Virus record (IMG/VR): IMGVR_UViG_3300030419_003599
Coordinates: 1 to 64,000 of that record
Source: a virus
Length of the DNA: 64,000 bases
Reading direction: 5' to 3' (one strand)
The position numbers and the translations under genes were made by a program. Below, one piece after another: positions 27,901 to 35,923 of the stretch (its first letter is position 1; each line of letters begins with the position of its first letter). The notes beneath the pieces were generated by a model. It worked only from the letters and a program-made list of their open reading frames with translations, ran no database searches and was not told the origin of the DNA.

Positions 27901-30560
27901 TACGAGAGCAAATGGAAAAGGAGCACCCCGACCTTTATACTCCTGATGACCCATTAACTATGTTATCTAATGCTCTACAAACATTCCGTTTCGCTAATCG
28001 TTACATGATGGAAATGCCACATGAGCATCATGGGCAGCACGGTCTGGCATATGGAGAAAGTATTAGAGAAAGCCGACCTCTTGGGGAGATGTTAGGGCGA
28101 GACGCTAGTCCTTTTTCTCTTATAGCACAAGGGGCTCAAGGTCTTGATGCCCGAAAAATCAACCCTAATCATTCTGCCGAGGAAGTTATGGAATTACTTG
28201 GTATGAATCCAGAAGACCCTATTCATAAGAAGAACGCTAAAGCCTTGCTCCAAGCGTTGGACGGGAAAGAAATGATTCCATTGAAGGTATCAGAAGCCTA
28301 TAACGCTGGACTCATCCCAAATGTTGAACCAATAGCAGGAGATTTACATGATTTGGCTGATAAAGGAGACGATATTGTACATGGTGGTTTGCGCCGTGCA
28401 GATTATATGTTTAGACATAAAGGAGACGAAGCAGCAGAACACGGTCTTACTTGGGTGCCATCAGCATCACATGGAGAGCGTAGAGATATGCCCCGCTCTG
28501 GTGGCAGTGGGCGCGCTCCTGTCAAGCGGCATAACGACCGACTTGATGCGTTAGAAAGAGCCAATTCCCATATTCTTTATGACCCAAATGTAGAGATTCC
28601 AACAGAAATCGCCCCTACTACTGAAACTGTACAAACATGGTCTAATTATCCAATTCACCCAGTAGGCCCCAATGGTACAGGCACTGCTTTGGATTTATTA
28701 GAAGGAGACCGCATGAATTGGGGATGGGGCATGGCACCCGATTTCATACCCCGATTCCGAAATGATGGTTCAGTGCAAGTAAATCGTTCTAATGTGCCTG
28801 TCCCTACTCGCTTGCATAGCGTACCAGCGCCTTATTTATTGCAGGTTTTCCCTGAATTAAGTCAGCATTTAGGAGGAACAGACCTCTATTTATCCGAACC
28901 TAATATGATGACTATGAATGCATTAGGTGGAATGCCTACAGATGTTCCCGGTATGCTAACTAATTCTGATGACGATATGAGTATTTTAGGTTTGACTGAC
29001 CCAGATAGTCTTCTAGTAAAAGCCGGTCCCGAAGATTGGGCTCCGCCTATTAGACCAATGCATCGTATTTTCTCCAAAGAAGACTTAAACGCATTAAAAG
29101 GTTTTAGCGGAGACTGGTTAATATCCAGAATACCACAAGGGGAACGACTTATTGTTAAGAAAAAAGGAGGGAGGATTAGTGCATATGATGAAAATGGTGC
29201 TCGCAAATCATTAGAAACTGGTATGCCCGGCTCTTTCAAATCTATTTCTGATGAAGATTTCGTAGTAGATGGCATTCTCAATGAAAATCAATTTCAAGTA
29301 TTGGACATCCTTAAGCACATGGGAGATGATGTATCCGATTTACCTACTCGCGAAAGGGTGAAATTACTCCGAGCGCATTACTCTAGTAATGAAAATGTGG
29401 AAATACCAGCCCCTCATAATACGCGCACAACAGATGAAGAAGGTTTAGTGAAGGCTTTAGAAGGCTTAAAAGAAGAAGGAAATGGAGTATATCTACTTAG
29501 AGATGCGCAATCAACTTACATGAAAGGAGAACGAAGACATCCCAAATGGGTGCTTTTGAGGTCTCCTCAAGAAGTGAATCTTATTGTTCTTGACCGGAGA
29601 GGTAGCGGTCCTTTCTCCTATAGATTGGGAGCAGGGCCTCTTATTGATAGTGAAGGACTAGGTAATCGGGCCAAATCATTTGACGAAAAACCCTACATGG
29701 ATATTGGTACAGTAGTAAGGTCAGATAAAGCATTCAATGTAGGCGATATCGTTAATGTCGGGGTAGATAGTGTCACTCAATCTAGCCGTAAAGGGCGGGA
29801 TGTCTATACTATTCAAGCACAAGATGTTATTGGTGAAGGCTTCGGTGAAGGGCCAGCGAGTTTGGAAACTTTATCCCTTCTCACTAAATCTCATCCCCCT
29901 ATTCCATGGCCACATGAAGTATCACTTTCGGGAGACTGTGTACATGTAAGTATTCCCTCACTTAATGACGAAATAATCTACAAAGCACATGAATGGCCAG
30001 AGGGTTGGTTCATACATTCTCCATCTGCTATTATGGGAGATATGGCCGATACTGCTTATCCTATTCGGCTCGCTGAAAGCCTTCGCCCTTATTGGTCTCC
30101 TGTAGCAGGTGCTATGTTGAAAGGTTTGGAATATGAGCCGGAAGAAGAGAAAAAGGAAGAAGTCCATGAATCACAAGATGATGCAGAACCACTGATAGAA
30201 CCTAAGAAAATAAAAGACACTTTCCATAAACCGACTGTGACTAAGGCTTTAGAAGTGGCTTTACGCGCTTTAGAGTTAGTAAGTAAAGAGCGAACTACTT
30301 GGACAGGGTCTCGTGGTATGGGCTTTGACCAAGGCACTCCTACCGAATCTCCCCATGGCCCTACTAGTTTAGTCAATGAATCCACACTTCCTGATTGGGA
30401 TTTGAAACAAAGACCAGCAGAAGACCCAGAGAAACCATGGCCTAAAAAGTCCAAAAATAATTCAAAATCGCAAGATGATATACATGAAAAGGTCAAAACA
30501 GAAGAAGGAGATGAAGGCGATTTGGATATAGATGCAGAAAGCGCTACTCTATCTATTTGA
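24969..30560 (+). CDS. 1863-aa head-module protein containing a degenerate ATP-dependent DNA ligase (adenylation + OB) fold
   Basis: ~29025-29890: WLISRIPQGERL (motif I lacking Lys), FVVDGIL (III), FQVLDIL (IIIa), LPTRERVKLL, STYMKGERRHPKW; OB-like YRLGAGP...IVNV. Confidence 0.75.
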   Translation: MWMKKQEGPIEVYERARSTLAKSLMDGIDQKNAAAEYYFSLLNLQQHGAIRSWDEGDWVLQKMMDVILKDDIQLDSDQSPDLGEGGGLEGYRETERALVNHAWRGRYKPFRPPAEWKNEQLMAGDEPHGGLMHGAWPGLKHLKPGEYPHFPNEHPFSSDNHPLLQGMEYGTPEFVETLASFYLRPDPNTPSKAEEAAIAERKWEIAHTNHAITNPIHRTDVGRHRQKVKQNEAHKTQQEGEDYEAIYGDIEIPERGMWANQGVPQEEEERDFPRSPFLGPLIGKGEGAHGAHLNDIYNHHFNRWKNNPENSEVVDGIKGTSTEEKEWNLRQAHMEHMRNEWVNGEDHIDDDGKAHSSKLGWLGYMGGMEFLTPTERTDVVNHMLNNGTDYDQNSPHVSMGRIKRNFMQRSVPEYLWWYRHPQMHGPNFPQIPEFPYEYEGSAGFPELLQESQYHLAGDTDESIHDVLLDHFNQMMGFEGTSEHTLMPRIMPNGKIYKQRESERSLPILTDHTYRMLAGYDENGNAYPANEHPIFGEKWEGPLIGHDEYKQVYKNALDSAKQSIEGKGIRNAAINHRAAVGPTKQEIEDHNLGDWYLDNTNGEHTDTLASHWHKPFNKGGLNRSQMHYLQALHSFLTTGITRDDLETKSGKEKMHHSHSLIGSGVHNPVTGELDGFTLRDDMMGMLASIHPPIARPPRLMKVPGETPEQAKKRKEWNSTPPERKIAEILNLHESSGPVIGPDLKPIFPPRSDKHNITLTASTNHPEFSQRAMRLSDSDRQKELGTKMAWDMDKRNLHTYTPFNRMEAPFNPQGHINPRTGSIISNRMATLLGRMHPPSNPMQSKSLSFKDISGGLVQPQHISTGDIPSFMIQQELVTPQLGGPSLEEDRMTKIANTIVEELIGLEEEMHHSQGNEEKMKSLINEYKSMEEDLRSLEQGLMGMDIEGAKSMHGKGMDSWIKHNDMMSSHFDAITNVAQQLREQMEKEHPDLYTPDDPLTMLSNALQTFRFANRYMMEMPHEHHGQHGLAYGESIRESRPLGEMLGRDASPFSLIAQGAQGLDARKINPNHSAEEVMELLGMNPEDPIHKKNAKALLQALDGKEMIPLKVSEAYNAGLIPNVEPIAGDLHDLADKGDDIVHGGLRRADYMFRHKGDEAAEHGLTWVPSASHGERRDMPRSGGSGRAPVKRHNDRLDALERANSHILYDPNVEIPTEIAPTTETVQTWSNYPIHPVGPNGTGTALDLLEGDRMNWGWGMAPDFIPRFRNDGSVQVNRSNVPVPTRLHSVPAPYLLQVFPELSQHLGGTDLYLSEPNMMTMNALGGMPTDVPGMLTNSDDDMSILGLTDPDSLLVKAGPEDWAPPIRPMHRIFSKEDLNALKGFSGDWLISRIPQGERLIVKKKGGRISAYDENGARKSLETGMPGSFKSISDEDFVVDGILNENQFQVLDILKHMGDDVSDLPTRERVKLLRAHYSSNENVEIPAPHNTRTTDEEGLVKALEGLKEEGNGVYLLRDAQSTYMKGERRHPKWVLLRSPQEVNLIVLDRRGSGPFSYRLGAGPLIDSEGLGNRAKSFDEKPYMDIGTVVRSDKAFNVGDIVNVGVDSVTQSSRKGRDVYTIQAQDVIGEGFGEGPASLETLSLLTKSHPPIPWPHEVSLSGDCVHVSIPSLNDEIIYKAHEWPEGWFIHSPSAIMGDMADTAYPIRLAESLRPYWSPVAGAMLKGLEYEPEEEKKEEVHESQDDAEPLIEPKKIKDTFHKPTVTKALEVALRALELVSKERTTWTGSRGMGFDQGTPTESPHGPTSLVNESTLPDWDLKQRPAEDPEKPWPKKSKNNSKSQDDIHEKVKTEEGDEGDLDIDAESATLSI

Positions 30561-30568
30561 CCAGCCGG

Positions 30569-30577
30569 TATTAAATA
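30569..30577 (+). promoter_or_regulatory. Candidate archaeal TATA box upstream of the protease-capsid operon
   Basis: TATTAAATA ~25 nt before GTG 30603, with a GGTGA RBS at 30593. Confidence 0.45.
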
Positions 30578-30578
30578 G

Positions 30579-31961
30579 GTGTGCAGAAGTTTGGTGAATT
30601 GTGTGCTGGCTGAACCTAGACTCCGAACACTGCCTCGGGAGGGCATCACTCTCCTCAAAGGAAGTGACCTCGTTGTCGCAGGCTACGCAAGCGTGGAGTT
30701 GGTAGATAAACAGGGTGACCTGATAACCAAGGAGGCATTAAAGGACGCATTCCGTAAGTTCATGGAGAACCCCGGCTATCAAAATGTCCAACTCGCACAC
30801 TCAAATATCCAAGTAGGAGAAGTAGTCAAGGACCACACAGACAGTAATGGGAGGGTATGGAAGAGCGAAGTTGATGATGTCGGGATGTTCGTAGTAGTAA
30901 AACTAAGAAACGACATTGAAAAAGCACGAGAAGTCGCAGCAGAAATCCGAAAAGGCAACCTACGAGGATTTAGCATTGGAGGACAAGCATTCAAACGCAT
31001 GAATAAAAGCGACAAAGAACACGGCTCATACACTGAAATCTCCAAACTTGAACTACACGAAGTAACAATATGTGAAAAAGGAATTAATGCGGAAGCGACA
31101 TTTAGAATATTAAAAGAGGACACCAGCATGACTATAGAAGACAATGGACAAACAGACACCTTGAACCAATTGAGTAGTGTTTTGAACCGACTAGAGGGGA
31201 GAATTGACTCAATGGAGAAAGGAGAAAATCCTTTTGCAGACGCAAAGGATGAGAAAGTGAACGACAAAGAAGAGAGTGACGATGATGACAACGGCGACGA
31301 TGAGGACACCAAAAAGTCCGAATACAGCGATGTCATCTCAAGTGAGTACTTGAGTTATCTTGAAGACACCGTGAAAAGCGCTGGCATAGACACAGCGGCA
31401 GCACGAGCGCACTTTGACGAAATGAACAAGGCTCAAATGGGAGGCGACCCTAATATTGATGGCGCTTCTTACTTTGGCGGCCAAGCCCCAAAGAGAGAGC
31501 AAGTAGAAGGTAAGCCTGAAGCACCAAAGGCCGAGTATGGCGCTGGTGGCAAGGGCAAGAAATCCAGTATTGATAAGGCTGATTTCCTACACCCTAACAA
31601 CATTAACTCTGCTGACATTGAAGCAGCATATCAAGTCTATAAGGCCGCTGCAGAAGAACAGCAGTTCAAGGCTAACCTTGGCGAAGTTTTCGCAGAGAGA
31701 CTAGGCAAAGAGCAAGAAGTAGCAAAGGCAGAAGCCGAGCGCAGTGCTTTTGATGCACGCGCTCCACTTGGAGAAATCCAGAAGGCTATTGAAAACCTAA
31801 ACGAGCGTATTGACAATCTATCTGGTGGAGGAAGCGGAACTGATATCCAGAAATCCGTAACCCCATCTAGCGCAGTTCCAATCCCAACAACTGAGGAACT
31901 GGCTACTATGGAGTGGGGCGAAGTACACCGTCTCGCAGGTAGCGTATGGCAGGGAGAGTGA
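30579..31961 (+). CDS. Prohead (maturation) protease fused to acidic scaffold region (likely start GTG 30603)
   Basis: VVAGYASVELVDKQGD, LAHS (His), GFSIGG (Ser), LHEVTICEKGIN fit the HK97/XkdF-type protease; immediately precedes the MCP. Confidence 0.9.
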   Translation: MCRSLVNCVLAEPRLRTLPREGITLLKGSDLVVAGYASVELVDKQGDLITKEALKDAFRKFMENPGYQNVQLAHSNIQVGEVVKDHTDSNGRVWKSEVDDVGMFVVVKLRNDIEKAREVAAEIRKGNLRGFSIGGQAFKRMNKSDKEHGSYTEISKLELHEVTICEKGINAEATFRILKEDTSMTIEDNGQTDTLNQLSSVLNRLEGRIDSMEKGENPFADAKDEKVNDKEESDDDDNGDDEDTKKSEYSDVISSEYLSYLEDTVKSAGIDTAAARAHFDEMNKAQMGGDPNIDGASYFGGQAPKREQVEGKPEAPKAEYGAGGKGKKSSIDKADFLHPNNINSADIEAAYQVYKAAAEEQQFKANLGEVFAERLGKEQEVAKAEAERSAFDARAPLGEIQKAIENLNERIDNLSGGGSGTDIQKSVTPSSAVPIPTTEELATMEWGEVHRLAGSVWQGE

Positions 31962-31966
31962 AATAA

Positions 31967-33103
31967 ATGGCACGAGATTATATCCGAACAGTAACTGACT
32001 TAGAGCGCTATTATTATGGCGCCGGGAACGCAATGGGCTACTCCTACAGTGGCTCTGAACTATTGAAGGCTGATGCTCCACTAATGAGCACAACTGCTGG
32101 TACTTACCAAGCAATTTATGGCCGCAAGGTTTGGTCGCAACTAAACCAAGAGTTCAATGCTTTTAGCATTCTACCTAAGAAGCCTTGGGACCGAAGTGGA
32201 TGGCGTATCATTACTGCCAAGCCTTCCTTCACTAAGGGCGGCGGTGTTGCAGAGAATGCTACACTACCTGACACAACCAAGCCAACATTCCTACATGTTG
32301 CAGCCAAGCCAAAGACCGTTGCTCACACATTTGACATGAGTGAAGTAGCAATCTTCCTAGCAGACAAAGATGACGGTATGGGTGACATCCGCCAAGTCCT
32401 CAAAGAGGAAATGGGCAAGCATCACGCAGACCATGTAAATCGTATGCTACTTGAAGATGTAGATACTCCAGCAGGTAACGATTACGAATCATTGGACCGT
32501 ATTACATCTGACCCTGACAACATGACAACTGGTACTACGCATGTAAGCGCAACTACTGACCACGATATGTACTCTATTACTCGTGATGGTAGTGTAGGCT
32601 TCCACAGCGCAGAAGTTAGTGTTGATTCAAGCAGTACTAACCGCAACCTCAGTCTTGACCACCTAGATACCATCTTCCAGCAAGTTTGGACTCGTGGTGG
32701 TAATCCAAAGGTCATGATGACTGGATATGATACACTAATGAGAATCCAGCAACTACTACAGACCCAGCAGAGGTTCATGGAAGAGAAGAGAGTCGTACCT
32801 ACCTTCAACGGTGTAAAGGGTGTCCCCGGTATAGAAGCCGGATTCGTGGTCGCTACTTACAACGGTGTTCCAATTATTCCAACCAAAGACATGCAAACAG
32901 ACGGCATCAGTCGTATCTACTTCCTTGATACTGACTATGTATGGTTTAGCACTGCAATACCAACTCAATACTATGAAAGCGGAATTGAGACCGGAGACCC
33001 ATTCGGAATCAACAGGCTTGGCCAAGAAGGACTCTACCGAACCATGGGTGAAGTATGGTGCTCTTTCTTCGGAGGACAAGGGAGTGTGCGTGACCTACAG
33101 TGA
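31967..33103 (+). CDS. Major capsid protein (HK97 fold)
   Basis: 378 aa directly after the protease/scaffold; ILPKKPWDRSGWR, YNGVPIIP and IYFLDTD segments; ELLK|ADAP candidate maturation site. Confidence 0.88.
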   Translation: MARDYIRTVTDLERYYYGAGNAMGYSYSGSELLKADAPLMSTTAGTYQAIYGRKVWSQLNQEFNAFSILPKKPWDRSGWRIITAKPSFTKGGGVAENATLPDTTKPTFLHVAAKPKTVAHTFDMSEVAIFLADKDDGMGDIRQVLKEEMGKHHADHVNRMLLEDVDTPAGNDYESLDRITSDPDNMTTGTTHVSATTDHDMYSITRDGSVGFHSAEVSVDSSSTNRNLSLDHLDTIFQQVWTRGGNPKVMMTGYDTLMRIQQLLQTQQRFMEEKRVVPTFNGVKGVPGIEAGFVVATYNGVPIIPTKDMQTDGISRIYFLDTDYVWFSTAIPTQYYESGIETGDPFGINRLGQEGLYRTMGEVWCSFFGGQGSVRDLQ

Positions 33104-33139
33104 GGGCACATGGAGACAAATGAAAAGGAGTGATTAAAA

Positions 33140-33547
33140 ATGCCAGCAGCAACACACAGAGGAGTAACTTATACAACGAGCGGAAGCGCCACTATTGCAG
33201 TGGACTTAGACTTGCCCCTATGGGCAGGCGTAGACCAAGATGATACATCATGGCTAACATCCTACCCGGGTGCTTTGACTTCATTCTCAGCACGACAGAC
33301 CGATGGTACAAACAGAATGCAACCAAGGCTAGTTTGCTTGACGCTTGGTGCAGTGGCAAACGCAGAAACGCTTACCTTGAGTGGCGAATGCAACGCCATT
33401 CTCGGGATGATGTGTCACGGTCAAGACACTACGGCCAACCTCGCTCTTACCGTGAGTGGTCTTGTTGTAACCGCAACTTGCGACCAGACGACCGACGGGA
33501 CGACCAACGACACCAGCAACGCATCCGTTTGGCTACTCGTGGCTTGA
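33140..33547 (+). CDS. Putative structural/decoration protein
   Basis: Thr/Ala-rich beta-type sequence directly after the MCP; GGAGTGA RBS. Confidence 0.6.
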   Translation: MPAATHRGVTYTTSGSATIAVDLDLPLWAGVDQDDTSWLTSYPGALTSFSARQTDGTNRMQPRLVCLTLGAVANAETLTLSGECNAILGMMCHGQDTTANLALTVSGLVVTATCDQTTDGTTNDTSNASVWLLVA

Positions 33548-33558
33548 GGTGGTTCACA

Positions 33559-33993
33559 GTGCCTACTGTGACCTTCTTGGGGCCATTTGCTGAAAGGCGG
33601 TCCCCTTGCGGTACAGCAGAAGATTTCGGTCGCATGAAGCCTAGGCAAGTCACACAAGCGTGGTTAGACCAATGGCGCAGAAGGCTACCTAGTAGCCACT
33701 GGCGAATTGAAGGCGATGAAATCCAACAAGATGATTCAAGTGAAGTAACAGGCACGCCTGATTCTACTTGGACTCGTAAAGAGATAATAGCATGGTTAGA
33801 AGCCTATGATTCAAGTCCCGGTCGTTATGCGACCAAGACGCAACTTCTTGATATAGCAGACGCTTTATTAAATCCTGACCGAGTTAATGAAGTCCAAGAC
33901 CTTGTAGAAGAGCCTGCGGTAGAAGAAGAAAAAATAGATGAAGAGGGAAACATTGATGAAGTCCCTCCATCTGACCCGAAGCAACTGGAGTGA
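33559..33993 (+). CDS. Hypothetical protein with HeH/LEM-like domain (start GTG 33559)
   Basis: GAGGTGG RBS; PDSTWTRKEIIAWL...TKTQLLDIA. Confidence 0.6.
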   Translation: MPTVTFLGPFAERRSPCGTAEDFGRMKPRQVTQAWLDQWRRRLPSSHWRIEGDEIQQDDSSEVTGTPDSTWTRKEIIAWLEAYDSSPGRYATKTQLLDIADALLNPDRVNEVQDLVEEPAVEEEKIDEEGNIDEVPPSDPKQLE

Positions 33994-33998
33994 CTTAA

Positions 33999-34535
33999 AT
34001 GGCAGCAGGAAATACAACAGATACACGAGTGCATGTAATGGGCGACCTTTACATGATGACAGGAACTTTCACAGACGGCGGAATAGATGTACCTTATGGG
34101 GACCATCTATCTAGCGTTTTGGCGGCAGGCGGACACCTAACAAGCAATTACAATACAGGCGTCCGTATCAATAATGGCGCTGGATATGCAGCAGGTGAAA
34201 CTGGTGCTATGACTGTAGATACTATTGATATCAGATTGCATTTCAGTGTTGGTGACACACTATACAATGCATCAGGTGTGAGACTCGGAACTATTACAGC
34301 AATCGGTAGCGCAACTTCTGTCACTGTTGGTGGCGGCCTTCTTGTGGCAGTCGCTGATAATGATTTCATCCACAAGTTGGGAGCATTTAATCCAGCAGTC
34401 ACGCTCCAAAACGGAACACTTGATGTCGCTATTGATGAAACCGCCAAATATGTAGTATTCGGCCTAGGTAATGAAGGCGCAACAAGCACAGCATCTACCC
34501 ACGATGGTCGTTGGTGGATTCTTGGAACACGCTGA
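33999..34535 (+). CDS. Putative virion structural protein
   Basis: Gly/Thr-rich; shares a beta module with the major tail protein. Confidence 0.65.
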   Translation: MAAGNTTDTRVHVMGDLYMMTGTFTDGGIDVPYGDHLSSVLAAGGHLTSNYNTGVRINNGAGYAAGETGAMTVDTIDIRLHFSVGDTLYNASGVRLGTITAIGSATSVTVGGGLLVAVADNDFIHKLGAFNPAVTLQNGTLDVAIDETAKYVVFGLGNEGATSTASTHDGRWWILGTR

Positions 34536-34550
34536 TGGGGGTGAAGCCCC

Positions 34551-35042
34551 ATGGCGCTACCAGCAATTACAGCACAGATATACCGGTTCCCACCTAATGG
34601 ACCATATGATACTGGCCTATCTGTAAAAACTGCTGTAACTATCAATGCTAGTGGTACTTCTAGTGTTGTCACACAAGATGCTGCTCATGCCGCAACTGAT
34701 TTCACTACAGCCAATGCGAATGGGATACTGAACCCTAATGCTAAAGCCAATAGTGCAACTCGCCTATATGTCAAAAACTCGGAAGTAAGTTTGGACGGAT
34801 TAGGCTATACTTACATTGGTCATGTTAGTGCTACAAATACAGGCGCTGACCCAGAAACTTTTACATTAACAGAAGCGGCTTCTTGTACTATCCCGATAGG
34901 AGCCAAGTTATATTCGCATACTTTCGCTCCTATGTTAAATGGACGCATTTTGGATGTTTTCGCTGGAGCCTCATCTGCGGTGACAGGGATAGAGGTATCT
35001 GAAGCGCGTGGCGAAATAGTAGTATCTGTGAATTATGCATGA
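34551..35042 (+). CDS. Putative virion structural protein
   Basis: Thr/Ala-rich; GGGGTGA RBS. Confidence 0.6.
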   Translation: MALPAITAQIYRFPPNGPYDTGLSVKTAVTINASGTSSVVTQDAAHAATDFTTANANGILNPNAKANSATRLYVKNSEVSLDGLGYTYIGHVSATNTGADPETFTLTEAASCTIPIGAKLYSHTFAPMLNGRILDVFAGASSAVTGIEVSEARGEIVVSVNYA

Positions 35043-35346
35043 GAGTGATATCATGGAAAAGGCTGTTTTAGACGCAAAAGAAATAATGCGCCTTGAACAG
35101 CGCGGTATCCGTTTAGCAGAAGCCCGAGGAGAAGGCACTGTAGTAGATGAAGACCGTCCCCTCAAAGGTGTGACACACAAACAGCGCGTTCGCAATTCTA
35201 ATGCTAAAGATATCTTGAATATCAGTAGTGGCACACGCTGTACTAATTGCGGTCTACTCTATTTTTGTTGGACTGAAAACTGCTCTGCTTGTGGCAAACA
35301 AATGGATTTCAATTTAGGACATCGTGATGAGGGGGCTCGCCTATGA
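35035..35346 (+). CDS. Zn-ribbon protein
   Basis: CTNCG...CSACG. Confidence 0.7.
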   Translation: MHESDIMEKAVLDAKEIMRLEQRGIRLAEARGEGTVVDEDRPLKGVTHKQRVRNSNAKDILNISSGTRCTNCGLLYFCWTENCSACGKQMDFNLGHRDEGARL

Positions 35347-35912
35347 GTATGATTCTCGTTAAGATGCCTGTGCGCCCTGACCGCCAGCGTGTGTTGGTAG
35401 GTGAAGAAGGCGCTGAAACAGATATGCGTTTAAGGCAATGGGCTAACAAGAAAGCCTTTGCGGAAGGGCTGACTGGTGAAGCAGCAGCCGCTCGCCGTGA
35501 TGAACTTATGCGAGAAGCCGTAAAAGATGCAGGTAAGCACGGACTTACTTTCATGGATGACCCAATTCCTTTTGATGTTGATGACGAAAAAGACCCTGAC
35601 GCTTGGATGGGAGACGAAAGCCCCAAACACTTTGAAAATATGAAAGAGCAGGGCTACCCGAAAGGCGGACCCCCTGAAGGACCATTTATCGGTGAAGGAG
35701 ACGAGCCTCCTGAAGGAGCATCAATGGCTGACGATGGCTCTTGGTACAATCTTGATGATGGTGACCCCAAAGTCCAACAATGGCAATCATCCAAGACGAA
35801 AAAACCACTCCCTACAGGTCAAACTTCTTTAGATGATTTCGCCCCAAAATCCTTTGACCCGCATCCCGGAGACGCAATGTTGAAGGCTGTCCGTGCGCGC
35901 TTGGGATGGTGA
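35343..35912 (+). CDS. Acidic hypothetical protein with PIP-like motif
   Basis: QTSLDDF at 35820-35840; AMLK|A near the C-terminus. Confidence 0.65.
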   Translation: MSMILVKMPVRPDRQRVLVGEEGAETDMRLRQWANKKAFAEGLTGEAAAARRDELMREAVKDAGKHGLTFMDDPIPFDVDDEKDPDAWMGDESPKHFENMKEQGYPKGGPPEGPFIGEGDEPPEGASMADDGSWYNLDDGDPKVQQWQSSKTKKPLPTGQTSLDDFAPKSFDPHPGDAMLKAVRARLGW

Positions 35913-35923
35913 GGGGATGAGGC

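Noticed and set aside
29025-29890. Functional ATP-dependent DNA ligase (lig)
   Set aside because: The motif I lysine and motif V lysines appear to be missing, so no gene symbol was assigned.
33250-33558. N-terminal extension of the 33250..33993 ORF
   Set aside because: It overlaps 33140..33547 in another frame; a GAGGTGG RBS supports GTG 33559 as the start.
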